Source of the DNA: Haliotis rufescens
Taxonomy: Eukaryota
DNA: 64,000 bases
Direction: 5' to 3'
Assembly: GCF_023055435.1 (NCBI RefSeq)
Contig: NW_025963779.1
Span: 48,794,001-48,858,000, forward strand
Under the pieces are notes generated by a model. That model was not told the DNA's origin. It saw only the letters and a list, made by a program, of their open reading frames with translations, and did no database searches. Each line of letters begins with the position of its first letter. The first letter of the stretch is position 1. The translations under genes were made by a program, and so were the position numbers. Shown in pieces: positions 50,871 through 63,771 of the stretch.

Positions 50871-51990
50871 GTGTTGTGGTTGTAGTTGTCGTCGTAGTGG
50901 ATGTTGTTGGCGGTGTAGTCGTGGTTGTTGAAGGCGTAGTTGGTGTTGAAACTGACGTAGTTGGTACTGTGGCATTGCTTGACACATGCACTGCGGCACA
51001 TCTCCATGAAGGTAAAGTCTGTAGTTGAGAAATGGGAGTAGGTTCCTTCATCCAGTCCAGCATCTGCTTCACACTAACAATATAAACATTTTTCAGCTCT
51101 CGCACCTGCTCAATAAACCTGTTCATAGCATTTAGATTATGCTCGGACCAGAACCAAGCGGCATGCATATTAAAACCGAACGGTGTCCGTGAACTATTAT
51201 AATAATCTAAAAAGTTTTGCCATAAATATTTAAAAGCATCTTCCTCTGTATCTGGCCGGTTGAAGCAGCCATCAACATACGCGCAAGCGTAGGCGTTCTT
51301 GTAGTCCACTAAAGAATTGACGGGTACTTCCCAGAATCCAGGGTGGCGAGATTCAGGTTTGGGACACGGGCGTACCATGCAGCTAAACGGATACCCATAG
51401 TCCAGGGTGTAGGGCCATGGGCGTGCCATCCCTAACTTGCTTCGAGTGTAAGTCAAAGATATGTCATAAGTGTAGCCCAAAGACTTAAGAATATCTGGTT
51501 GTACATCCCCAGCTGTCTTCAGATTGGGGCTACGCCATCCGACGATGTCTTCAATTGGAATTCGTCCTAGGGTGGCCAGGTTCTTTCTCTGCTGACCCGC
51601 CTCGTACCTGAGTTTGTCCCCAGTGCTGATTGAGGTGTGTGTGACACTGTGGACTCCGATCTCCATCCCCTTGTTGTAAAACTCATGCACCAATCGGTAG
51701 TCCGTGTATTGATCTTGGACGTACAGACTCATAGTTATTGGACATCCGTTGGGGTTCTTTCTGTCGGGTGAAAACAGGCGTCGGTAGTGACTGGCCATTT
51801 CCACATTCAAAGCGTCATCAAACCCAAAGTACACAATTTGAGGAATCTCCTCCAAGTCCATATTTAGTCGCGACGTACTGCAGAAGCAGTTTGGTAGTTG
51901 ACAGTTTATACCCTGAATACACTGGGACTGAAGACTCCCCCTGACAATAGTCAGCACACTCAACACGACTAACAGCATCGACTGCCTCAT
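49570..51990 (-). CDS. Secreted tandem double-domain chitin/polysaccharide deacetylase-like protein (CE4), 806 aa, intronless
   Basis: Signal peptide MRQSMLLVVLSVLTIVRG from ATG 51990 (ORF-track start 52005 is TTG). Two homologous animal-CDA domains (CxLPxCxC, PQxVYFxFD, NPNxC, GWRSP, WPYTLD, WEVP, CxYxDGC, PFG) are separated by a Thr/Ser/Pro-rich linker. TATAAAA at 52154-52160, AATAAA at 48908-48913. Confidence 0.92.
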
Positions 51991-52153
51991 GTTCGCTCGC
52001 GACAAGTGAACGTGAAATGTCGGTACTGTCTTGATAAAGCTGTAAATTCAGATAAATCAGAAATATGTCGTCTGCTTGGCTTATTTCTGGTCGTCTGCTT
52101 CAAAGGTGCGCGCTGTGTTTGCCCATACACTGTCACCCAGTGATTACCGTTCC

Positions 52154-52275
52154 TTTTATAGCCGAGGGGCGTTTGTAGTCTCTTGGTGACGTCACGGCGG
52201 TGTATGAGTGACAAGGGTGCACGCGCCAATAGATGTAGATAAATATATTACTATATCGTAGGTGGGTGGGATTGG
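52154..52275 (-). promoter_or_regulatory. Probable core promoter of the deacetylase gene (TATA, CRE, CCAAT)
   Basis: TATAAAA (minus) 52154-52160, perfect TGACGTCA 52187-52194, and CCAAT motifs at about 52226 and 52271, in typical order upstream of the ATG. Confidence 0.6.
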
Positions 52276-52822
52276 TAGGATTGTAACCAGGATTTCAACT
52301 CGTACAACATATAAATACACACGATTCTGAAAATGCAAACACTATTGGTTAAGGAACTTCCTTGATGCGTATGTGAAAAATAATTTCGTATTTGTGTATC
52401 TTGTGTAATACAATTAATTGGCTTCTGTTTGGACGGACGTTGCCACCTGTTGTAATTAATGCATGTATTCTTTACGTTGAATTGTAATATCCTCATATTT
52501 AATTCATTTACAAAAGTGAAATCGTTCAAATGCTAAAGAACTGAAATAATGCTGATGCATTTCAACTCACTAACTCACTCGAATGCAACCAAGACACAAC
52601 AATAAATGTATACAAGCTAAGAGACAGTTATGGTATCTGATCAAAATAATTTTAATATAAATATGTAATTTACATGCGTTTATAAAACGGGGTGGGAATT
52701 GGAACTGTATGGATACAACACGGTGCTGCATGTGGCCCTGTGTATGCCGATTATCAGCTCACTGCTCATATTGGAATATATGTACACCCAACACACCAAA
52801 AAAACATAAATGAATCATTCTG

Positions 52823-53110
52823 TGACCGTCTTTGTGATCCAGTGAATAGGGCGTTTGGCGGAGAGCGGAAGGTCTGTGGTTCGATTCCTGGGCGCGTCAA
52901 ACCAAAATATATTAAACGAGGGTTCTTGTTACCCTGCCTGGTGCTCGGCATTAAGGGGGTTAGGACTGGTCGGCTGGGCGTTGGTGTGCTCGCAGTGGGC
53001 TGGGACTATATTTCCGGCTTTAGTACGGACAAAACACACACAGACACACACGCACATACACACACACACTCACCGCCTGACAATACGTGGTGTAACAGTC
53101 ATCACAAGAC
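52823..53110 (+). mobile_element. Diverged SINE family B (or sister family) copy
   Basis: ggagagcggaaggtctgtggttcgattcc...ttgttaccctgcctggtgctcggcattaagggg...ggactggtcggct, followed by a (CA)n-like tract. Confidence 0.75.
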
Positions 53111-54972
53111 AGACGTACGGAACGTGTTTTACACTTCTTGTTTGGCTGAGTAGTTAAATTGAATATAGACACACGATTATGAAATTCGTATCGGACTCTT
53201 AATTACCATATGATGCTATCTCACTGCGCTAATATGGAGGGACCCGATACTTAAGACTGTTGTGTACTACAGAAGAGTAGGTAAATAGAGAATTTATTCA
53301 TAGAAACTCTGAGTGCACAGGTCCATAATATAAAGCATTTAGTAAAAAGCCTTTATGTCAAAATGATTTAATTTCTATATAACGGTTATGAACATATGTT
53401 CAAAGATTATACTTTACATCGTTAACCTGTCAAATCAATATACCACAGCCATACCATAATCTATCCCCGCTGACATGACGTATCTTTTGGAGATACCATC
53501 ATCCATAAAACACATGTAGTTACACAGGTGTAAACATATTGAACATCTCCCCTATTGATATTGATGATAGTTCGCCGCTGTGAATGCTTCAAATACATTC
53601 TTCTTTGCAAACATGCAAAAGAAAGTAATTACATTCCTGGAAACAATCTTACATATCGCACTTTACTCCGAAGAAGAATTTTGTGTTTTATCAACTAACT
53701 CCAGGATATGGTAGTGTTTGCCATCACTTTCCGAGGGCGGTACTTGGAACATACCAAACATTATAGGAGAAAACCTAGCAACGGCACAGCAGATAAAGGT
53801 AGGATATACAGTGAGAGAAAAATACAATCTTATTGCTTTGTGCTAACAGTAAACATTGGGTAGTGTGAAAAGGGGGAATTTACAGCTACAGGAGAACGTC
53901 CTCAACTCACTGTGTCGTTTTGAAAGTGATTAAAGAGGATGGGGATATGTAACGATAAAACATATAATTCGAGTTAAACACTTTATAAGTGTTAGTTTCC
54001 TAAAAGCGTTATTTCATTTCGTGTGTAGTGTTGGCCAAACTGCATTAACATATGCCCACAAGCCTATACAGTGCCATTACACAGCCGTGTTACGAAGTTC
54101 AGCTACTGACAACGGCAGAGAGCCCAAACTTCAGAGTCCTTTCAGCTGAATATACTTGCGTGTTGACATTCGTCTTCCAGATGAAAAGATCGAAGCAACA
54201 GTATGTTCTCAAAGAAGGGCGACTTAACATATATATATAAATTAACGTCTTCACATCAACTCTTGTGAAGCTGCAGATAGAGAACCTGTACAGTCCAAAC
54301 AGTATTTATCAATCCTGTTATAGTCTCTTCCGTTCAAAATACGCTTTGGTAATTTGTCTATAGGCAGGTGCGCGAGCACTGGTCTATGAACCTATGAAAT
54401 ATACACTAAGTATATCAAATACGTCTACACCATGAAATATGACATATATTGGAGTAAAATTACATACACCAGTTGCTTCTGCAGCCTGCAGTCATGGTGC
54501 ACATGTTTTATGAACTATCGGTGTCTTCAACAGGTTTGGGCACCTATCTCTGTCGATGTAACTAACTGCAGCGTCAAGAAGGTCACGGGGAGATTGAGCA
54601 CCTACTTGAGATTGTACTATTCGTCTTTCTTCACTGCCATCGGTTATATGTCGTACAACGCTAAAGGTAATTATAGCAATTATGGTTGCATCATACAATT
54701 TATTACTTTAACCGAGCTCACTCTATTTCACGATGCACCGGTTTTCGTATGTTCATTATTATACTATGTCGCAGATGGATTATAAGCCCGGAGACTTATT
54801 TATTTAATAGTGTTTGAATAGGAAGAGCTAATGTCTGTCGTTGACAGGAGATTTCTCAGCAATTGACATCAGTGTTGTACCGTACATCATGGTCGCTAAG
54901 ACACCGCGGGCTGTGTGACAACTGCAAGGCGGGGATTGATGTCCCTCACATGTAAAATCAAATGCAGACATT

Positions 54973-55001
54973 AGGTGAGGTGAAATGGGGCTTAACGTCG
55001 C

Positions 55002-55050
<49 letters not shown>

Positions 55051-55314
55051 TGCTTGTACGAGTCCGGACTAATGTGGATGTTATAGTACTAGCTCACTGA
55101 GGTATCATGCCGCAGTTTAACATAAATACCCCACTCAGGTACAGTTTACTGACTCTGAGCCGACCAGTCCTTGTTGTAGCCCCTTAATACCAAGCGCCAG
55201 TCAGGGTAACAACAAATACCATCTTTTATGTTTATGTATGACATGGCCGGGGATCGAACCCCCGATCTTTCGCTCTCCGGGCAGACACTCTCCCACTAGA
55301 CTATGGAGGCGGTC
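54973..55314 (-). mobile_element. SINE family B with expanded (GT)n
   Basis: Aligns to 56501-56844; TSD-like cag(a/g)cattagg. Confidence 0.85.
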
Positions 55315-56500
55315 TTACAGGCATTAGGAATTCTTGCATGGATACCTGGTATAATGATCATGCTGTTCATATCTCTTGGTTCGATGTAACAATAAAACCC
55401 CAAATGTTTTAGAAAGCTGCAAAAGATTACAATAACACCAGAGCTTTATGAAGAGGAAGCTTGAGTCTGGTTAAACAAATGATCAGATGCAACCAATGAC
55501 AATACGAATAATCGTCACAAAATGATGACGATATCATTTTTGAAATACTGAAACAAAATCCTAATCAGAGCACAATCACATCGTACTAGCCTTATGCCCT
55601 TTGTGTCTAAGAGACAACCCCACCCATACCCAGTACTCATAGACGAGTGCCACACATCTCAATACCCTAAATGTGTTTAAGCCAAGAACGGATGTTTCTG
55701 TAGGCCTTTGTTGATCTTGTGTTACTTTGACAATTTTCCCACTGTGCCATCTTATCAGGTGCATGTACCTAGGACGTGATGTCATGTTACCGTATCACAA
55801 AATATGCGAGCTGGATGTTGAAAGTTCACCCAATGTACAATGTCATTGTAAAACATTTCGCTTATACGTCAATTTGGTCACATTTATTTCATGACTTGTC
55901 TCTAAACTTCGTTATCAACGTGCTCATTAACAGCTATGACGCACATATGTTGTTTTGGGAGTTTCAAATATTTACAAAACTGAAATACGGTTTAATTGTG
56001 TGCTTTCCAGAGTGTTTTACCACCATGAACTGGATTCCATTGATTGTTCGTGTAGACTAAAGCGTGAAACTCCTAAATAACACGTTAAAGCACACAGCAG
56101 TAGATGTAGTTTACATGTACATATATTAGCAAAACTAAACTTGTTTTCAAAATCAGAGTGGATTGTCTGGTTGTGCGGGTGTGAGTAGAGAGGGGACGCA
56201 AGACAATATTAAGTATCTATAAGTGAAAACCAAATACCAACTGTACAAATTCCATGTACTTGACAGATGATAGTATCTCCGATTAGAATAACACAGCTCT
56301 AAGGATGGTCGTTGGTTCGGGTCCTGATAATGATCTTCGGTTTGACATCAAAACTTTACCGATGTGATACCCGTCAACGACCATCGTGTACTATTGATTT
56401 TTCCCTTCGTAAAAAATGTTCAATGGGGTCTTAGTTTTCCTTAACGTCTATAGAGGTATCCAGATTCTGAACACACCCCAAAACCCATCCTGTAACTTAA

Positions 56501-56844
56501 GGTGAGGTGAAATTGGGTTTAACGTCGCGTCCAAGATTATTGCACTTATATAGCGACGTGCATGCACGTGTATGTGTGTGTGTGGCTGCTTGTACTAGTC
56601 CGGACTGATGCCGATTTATAGTGCTAGCTCACTGAGATACCATGCCGCAGTTTAACATGAATACCCCACTCAGACACAGTATACTGACTCCGAGCCGACC
56701 AGTCCTTGTTTTAGCCCCTTAATGCCGAGCGCCAGACAGGGTAACAACAAGTACAATCTTTTAACGTCTTTTTGTATGACGCGGCCCGGGATCGAACCCT
56801 GGACCTTCCGCTCTCCGGGCGGACGCTCTACCACAAGACCACGG
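56501..56844 (-). mobile_element. tRNA-derived SINE, family B (Meta/MESC-like central domain)
   Basis: tRNA-like head with B box GGTTCGATCCC, central ggactggtcggctcggagtcagtatactgtgtctgagtgggg, internal (CA)n, (TCACC)n tail, 14-bp TSD atcctgtaacttaa. The superfamily assignment is from memory. Confidence 0.85.
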
Positions 56845-57253
56845 ATCCTGTAACTTAAACGTGTTTGGATAAAAAAAACAAAAAAAACAACATTTAAAAC
56901 ATTAACATATAATATTCCATTAGTTATGTATGTGTTAAGGGTAATATCCGCTACTTCGTGTTTTCGGGGAGTGGGGTCGGCATGTATCCGTGAGAGGTTG
57001 GCCGTACGCTGTACGGGGGCGGTGTCATCGTTGACGAAATGTGTGGTCATGACTGCAGACTTGCTCGAGGATAGGCGGTGGGACCGGAGGAGAAGTGGCA
57101 AGCTCATCCTGCAATATTTATAACCAATCATTGTCTGTTAATAAGACATATTTCATCAAAGGAGAATAACTTTCATATAAATAGTTTTTGACGCTGAAGG
57201 CAAAATGCACCCAAAAGACCCAAATAGAGGCAGATGTTAATGATAAATATTTA

Positions 57254-57382
57254 NNNNNNNNNNNNNNNNNNNNNNNNNNNNNNNNNNNNNNNNNNNNNNN
57301 NNNNNNNNNNNNNNNNNNNNNNNNNNNNNNNNNNNNNNNNNNNNNNNNNNNNNNNNNNNNNNNNNNNNNNNNNNNNNNNNNN
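57254..57382. other. Assembly gap (N)
   Basis: Run of N. Confidence 1.
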
Positions 57383-57434
57383 CACCATATAGTAATAATT
57401 ACATAAATGGAGTAAGATTGAACACAGTTTTAAT

Positions 57435-57477
57435 TGGCTAGCGCTTTCAACTCGTACACACGAGTCTCATCAGGCCA
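57435..57477 (-). ncRNA. Minimal type I hammerhead ribozyme motif
   Basis: Minus strand UGGC-CUGAUGA-GACUCGU(GUGU)ACGAGUU-GAAA-GCGC-UA-GCCA: intact core, 7-bp stem II, palindromic minimal stem III, 4-bp stem I. Confidence 0.75.
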
Positions 57478-57749
57478 TAACTGAATAACGGACATGAAGT
57501 AGAAACATATAGTTACAGTCACGTACTCCACTTATATTATTACTACTATATATATATTATATATTATTACTATATATTACTTTGGCATTTGGCATTTCAT
57601 TGGCAATTAAAAGATTGAATGGATAAGGCGAAAGTTGTCCGACTCCGCAGAAAACGGAAATAGTGTAAATAATAAACATAGGAATAAATAACGTGCATAC
57701 AAAGTGCAATATTTCCATGGAAATAGTAACATTTGTAATCAATAAACTT

Positions 57750-59700
57750 ATGCAACCTTTTCTTCGATAATCATGTATACAAATCTTCTGGTGAGAGGAT
57801 GTAAATGGTAGAACCACAATTGTAAAAATACGAGATGTATATGGGAATACATTGTAATATGTAAATATGTTAATCAAATCTCTCGTTGACATAACATTTT
57901 TGCACACTTTTAAATAAACAAGAAATATCACCATCGACAATTGTCTGGATCGTGAAATTATCTCCAACTGATACAATATTGTTATATAATGAAGTTCTAA
58001 TGGAATTACATTCAAGAAAAAAGTGAGAGACGTTTTACTGGCATAAGATTTTTTGTAAATAAATCTGCATTGAGGGAACTACAGGACTCTCTTAAATGAG
58101 TATGAAGTATATTTGCTCTTCAGTCCCTAGAAAAGGAGTATCAAGGGGGTAAATGTATGTCTGATTTAACACTACATATTAAGTGTAGAAGAAAGTCTAA
58201 ATTCCCGAGAAAGGTTCATCCATAATTTGAGTGGGTCTGGTGTTAAGGAATGCTGGCAAGTAACAATTCGAGCATGTGGAATACTAATATTCTTTCTATT
58301 TTTTTAGATTTGACTAATGCTGGCCACTCTTGGTGGTGAAGGTCATTCAAGCATGCTGGACATAAGTTGTTAATTTTATATAAAGTACATACAGTAGACT
58401 ACGGTTAAAACGAACACGCTTATAACGAACTGACGGATATAACGAACTTACTTTTTGGTCCCGACTATTTGCTGTAGTTATGTTGTATATATGCTTATAA
58501 CGAACTACGGTTATAACAAACTAAAATTAGTAGTCCCTTTGAGTTCGTTATAACCGTAGTTTACTGTAGTTGTTGAGTTTCACGTCTGCTTGATAGTGTC
58601 TCCCATCCTGTTTCATGATATAACCTAATTCAAGATACTTATTTTGGAAGACTAGTAGCTAATCTAGCTACTTCCAGTTGAATCTTTTCGGGTTGAGATA
58701 GGTACAGTTATCCCAGATTTCAGGTGCGTGTTCGAGAACAGGGTATAGATAATGTTGGTCTAGTGAGTACACATTTTCAGTTTTCGTAAAGAACATATCT
58801 TGTTAAACGCAGAGTTGCTTATATCGTCAATATGGGCAGACCATTTTCTATCTTCCGTGGTGTTTATGAGTACCTGAGTGATGAAGTGACTAATACGTGT
58901 GTTGTTTTGTTGGGATTAAATTATACAAGCCAATTATACACCCAGTTGTAGAGGTACGATAGATCAATGTTTCTTCCAAGTGATTAATTCTAACATACGA
59001 TGCACCGATAGACGTGTTATCAGCAAAGAAACGAGTTGAAATATTGAAATTATCAGCCAAATCATGTATGTATACAAAGAATAAATAGGGACCCAGTACA
59101 CACCCTAGGGGTACCCCACATGAAGATTATTTTAGTCCGGATAGGCATTTACAAATACGTTTTGTTTCCGACTAGAAATGTAATCTGTTTACCTTGATGA
59201 GAGTTTACCATCAATACCATATTTTTCAAGTTATTTATAGTAAGCCTCTATGCCAAATTCGATCACACGCTCACAGAATATCATACAAAAACAATCGTGC
59301 TTGTCAACAGATATAACAAAGTTATTAAATATTTGAAGTAATTGTCAGACAGTGGAGTGGCTTGAAACAAATGCCAATTGGAACTTTTGTAAAAGCTGAT
59401 TGTGTAAATGTTTCAAAACAAGTCTCTTCCATAACGTCTCAAGTATAGATATTATATTGGTCTCTAATTCGACAGAAGAGATTTCCTTCCTTTCTTATAC
59501 AACGGCATGAGATGAGCTTATTTTATGTCAAATGGAAATGTAGATGACTGTAGAGATTTACTGATTTATTGGAATTGTATCAACTAGTGACTTTAATAAT
59601 CTTTGATTAATGTTCTCAGGACCACTGGAATTATTACATGGTAAAGATTGATAAGATCACCCACCAAACAAGAGCAAGAAATTTATGACAACAGTATTAG
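57750..59700 (-). mobile_element. Degraded CR1-like LINE
   Basis: SSGPENINQRLLK, GVPxGCVLGPYLFFVYIHDL, FFADNT, and C-terminal HTHLRESCSSLNADLF; interrupted by the 58392 MITE. Confidence 0.75.
58392..58566. mobile_element. MITE, same family, inserted in a LINE
   Basis: TIR cagtagactacggtta...taaccgtagtttactg with TA TSD. Confidence 0.85.
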
Positions 59701-60330
59701 CTTCCACATGAATTATAGAAACAACATAATCATTTAGAACTTCAGTTTTATCAGTGTCAGTAAACGCTGGGGGTATATTTGAGGTAGCATGTAAAGCGGG
59801 GGACTACATGTCGATCCTCCATCTTTTATACTATGTGAAACTACAGGAAAATACAAATGGGAGACTACAACCAAGAAATGAGAGGTTATATACATGATAT
59901 GTTGTGATATACAGCAGACTAACATTTTGTTATCCATTACCTGTTGTTGTGAATCTGCTGCTTATTACAACATGTCACGTGTGTGACCTCGCATTGCTTG
60001 GTTGTAGTCACTCTAGCTTGATGGTTGTATTTTTTCTTAATTACTCATCAACTTCTGGAATGCCAATCCAACAGTCAGATAAATCATTATGAATTTGTGT
60101 GAGTTTGTAGCGAATACTTCTGACATTCAGGCGGAAAGCATTTGGGCAACACCATTTACAGTTTCAGTGCGAGCCATGTCGCCACTCTGCTAGACCGTTG
60201 CAAATACCCGTCCACCCCGAGTCCAGGCCGACGGATTGCCTTTCGAATTTCGAAGATTGATGAACGTGTCAGGTCTTCAGTTATGAATGTCTTGGTTGTA
60301 TTGCCATTCAGCGTACCCTTTGATGCATAG

Positions 60331-60478
60331 TGAGTGAGTACGGGTTTACGCCGCTTTTAGCAATATTCCGGCGGGGGACACCAGAAATGGGCCTCACACA
60401 TTGTACCCATGTGGAGAATCGAACCCGGGTCAACGGCGTGACGAGGGACGCTTTCACCACTAGGCTACCCCACCGCCT
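60331..60478 (-). mobile_element. SINE family A with TSD
   Basis: Same family; 13-bp TSD ctttgatgcatag. Confidence 0.88.
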
Positions 60479-63161
60479 CTCTTTGATGCATAGATTTGGG
60501 CTCTGACATTGTACGAGATGAACTTGATGGTATGAGCCATGCCCCACAGCTGTTTGCTTACAAAGTGGGGACGATAAAATCTCTATTTTGTATCTTTATC
60601 CCTGACAGGAATATTCAATGACTCGAAGCGCGTGACGCCTACTTTACTGTTCTAAGTCGTCGACATCGAGGTTGGCTTTGGCTGTCCTAGCTTCAATCGT
60701 GGCCATGTTGTTTGGAGGATCCGAATCTTTAACCAATTTAGTAAGAAACAAAGGGGGGACTAGAGCGGGAACCAAAGTGTTGAACGACTCACTTTTGACA
60801 ACAGATAATAATTCCTCCGATACAGACATCGTTGTTTCTGGTAATGGTGAGTGAGCTTGTGAAACTCTGTTACTCAGGCTGATCAAGTGGTGGACGTCCC
60901 AACTGTTTCTTCACTCCACTTTACTTCGTGGTAGGGGGTCATCCATCTTGGTCGACGTGTCACCGTCAGCTCGTTTTGTCGTTCGTACAATAAAAAACAC
61001 AGAATCAGTGCAGATGACAACATATGCATTTAACAAGATACAAGATTTGATGTTACAGGTTTTTTAAAGCATATTTGTAACAAATCCATAAGTTTTGGAT
61101 TACAGACGGAGAATTTGGGGAAACATGACAGCGCTCAACCCAGCTAAATCCTATCTTGTCCGCCATCTTGTATCAGGTCTTTTCAGGAACAAGGCATTCC
61201 AAATATATGACCATGATGACGCCTATCCCCAAAAAGTCACCCTTTTTAGCTTCATGATCACAAAATATCACCCAAACAAATGAAGCTCTTAAAGACAAGA
61301 AAATTATCAAGATGTAATAGTTGATGCGTTTACTCTCATTTGTTCCATGCTACGTCGATACCTTACGAAGATTGCCTCCCTGACGCCATCACAGTCGACT
61401 TGGTAACACAGTGGATGACACCAGTAACAGTGATACAAGTGATACATCTGAGATGTCCCTTCTCTTTGTTTACTCTTTAACACAAACATGCATCCTTAAA
61501 CCTACGAATGAGTTGATAGACAACTCTGTTACGTAATCTATTCTTCCACACCAGGTGTGGGGCACCTTGTCGTATTTTAACCACATGACAAAGTTTTATG
61601 AATTTTGTTCTTATTTTAATCATCAAGTTTCTGTGACATAACGTGTCTATTTAATATGACTCTTCACACAAGCGTGTGTCTTTCTTGCATAACCTACTAA
61701 GATATTAAGAAGCATATTTTATCTTATAATAATTGAGCGTGATAATAATTTAAGCTTAATTTTTTTCACGAAACAATCGCTGGGTACTGGTTCATCTGGG
61801 TGACCCATCACATTGTTACGATTCAAAACAATAACGTAACTTTCATACACATTCACAGAATAGTTCCTTTTAAATTATAACGTTTATAGTAACCCAAAGT
61901 AGACATGGTCAAGGGACGTTTCTATCCAACGGAAGCATACCAACTTCATAACAGTATTCGCGTCTGAAACACCTGACGAAGTAGACTTGTGACAACATAT
62001 ACAGTCTAATTAGGAGTGACTCCACAGCCCCAACATTGGCATTAGACAGAAGCTACATCGGCAGATCATACCCATGTATTGCCGTGTTTTTACAAACACT
62101 GATCAACGGCTCTCAGGTTGAATCACGTTACCAGGCTGTTATTTTTTCTTGAAGGTGACCACAATGTCTCATCTTAGTATACTACTGAAAAGAAGTTAAG
62201 GACCACCAGACTCTTTCATACATCTACAGTTCATCTGTCATGGCAGGGAGATTAACTATCGTAATGTGAAAGAATCGGACGGTTGTTGACTGCTTTTTAG
62301 TGGAATATTAAAACTCCAAATACATACTTTGTGTACTTTGTGTACTTTGTGTCGCCTTCATCTGTTTGTCGACGTGTTTAATGAATTCAGTCGAGGTACA
62401 AAACGCGTATACATTGACAGAGGCTATTCGCCAGGGCCTCCTTCATGAAAGGCTATGAAAGTGACTGACGCCGTTCTTAATAGTGGAGTTAATTTCGTCC
62501 GGTTGAGGTTACCCGCAGAAAGGGTCAACCGTTTAAATGTTTCTTGCATCTTACTACGATGTTTCTCGAATGCTTAGGTAGTGATTAGATGTTGTAAATA
62601 GTACACAGGATATTTCATGTGTCGAGTGAAGGTTTCTCTCATCGAGTGACGGGGGAAAATAGATATTTCCACGAGTGGCGTAAGAAGTCTTAGTTCACTG
62701 CTGTGAAATATCAAGTGTTATGCTCACTGCAATGAAGGATTATCACCTTTCTCAACTTCAGAAAACTCAGTTTTTCACACTAAAGCATTTCATAAAATTC
62801 ATTTTTTTGTATTGTGATCTGAGACTGACCTCATAAATTGCATGTGGCCTATATGTGTACCTCAAAAACCAAAAGAATGCTCTCAAGATTCACTTGATGA
62901 CCACAATACACGTCAAATGTCAGCTCTATTTTGTTCTGTTATGTCATTTCTTCACTCAACAAGCGAGTGAAGGGTTTGACTCATGACGCAACCAAATGCC
63001 ACTCAAACAACGCAAAACACAAAAGGTCAATGTCCGGTTACAGTGTATATCTGGAAAATTACAAGTATCAACATATGTTGTTAGGGATTACACTTTCTCA
63101 GTGAAGTACAAATTCGTACAATCCAATTCGGGATTGGAACCCACACTATTAGATACATGTT

Positions 63162-63423
63162 GGTTTGTTTGTTTTTTAACGCCACACTCAGCAATATTCC
63201 AGTATATAAAAGCGGTCTGTAAATAATCGAGTCTGGGCCAGACAACCCAGTGATTAACATCATAAACATCGATCCATGCAATTGGGATCGATGGCATGCA
63301 TCAACCAAGTCAGCGAGTCTGACCAACCGATCCCGTTAGTCGCCTCTTACGACAAGCATAGTCGCCTTTCACGGTAAGCATGGGTTGCTGAAGACCTATG
63401 CTACCTCGGATCTTCACGGGTCT
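63162..63423 (-). mobile_element. SINE-like retroposon, family C
   Basis: Minus strand reads gacccgtgaagatcc...gcttgtcgtaagaggcgactaacgggatc...ctggaatattgctgagtgtggcgttaaa with an (AAAC)n tail; TSD-like catgttggtt. Other copies occur in the window. Confidence 0.8.
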
Positions 63424-63522
63424 CATGTTGGTTGAGTGGTTGAGACACATCTGAAGGCGAAAACATAGAGACATCCTGGGACATTCAACGTAAAAGTCAC
63501 TGTAAATATACGAATGAAGTAG

Positions 63523-63771
63523 TGTTTGTTTGTTTGTTTGTTTGTTGTTTAACGCCGCACTCAGTAATATTCCAGTCATGACGGCGGCCTGTAAATGATA
63601 GAGTCTGTACCAGACAATACTGTGATTGATGTCATGACCATCGACCCACACAAATGGGATACGATGATATGCATAAAACAAATCAGCGAGCTTGACAACC
63701 TGATCCCATTTGTCGCCCCTCACGAAAAACATGACTTGCTGAAGACCTATTCAAACCCGGATGTTCACGGG
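63523..63771 (-). mobile_element. Family C, diverged copy
   Basis: Aligns to 63162-63423. Confidence 0.8.

Noticed and set aside
57557-58015. 152-aa ORF as a Penelope GIY-YIG endonuclease linked to the hammerhead
   Set aside because: No GIY-YIG motif is present; alternative frames match a CR1-like ORF2 C-terminus instead.
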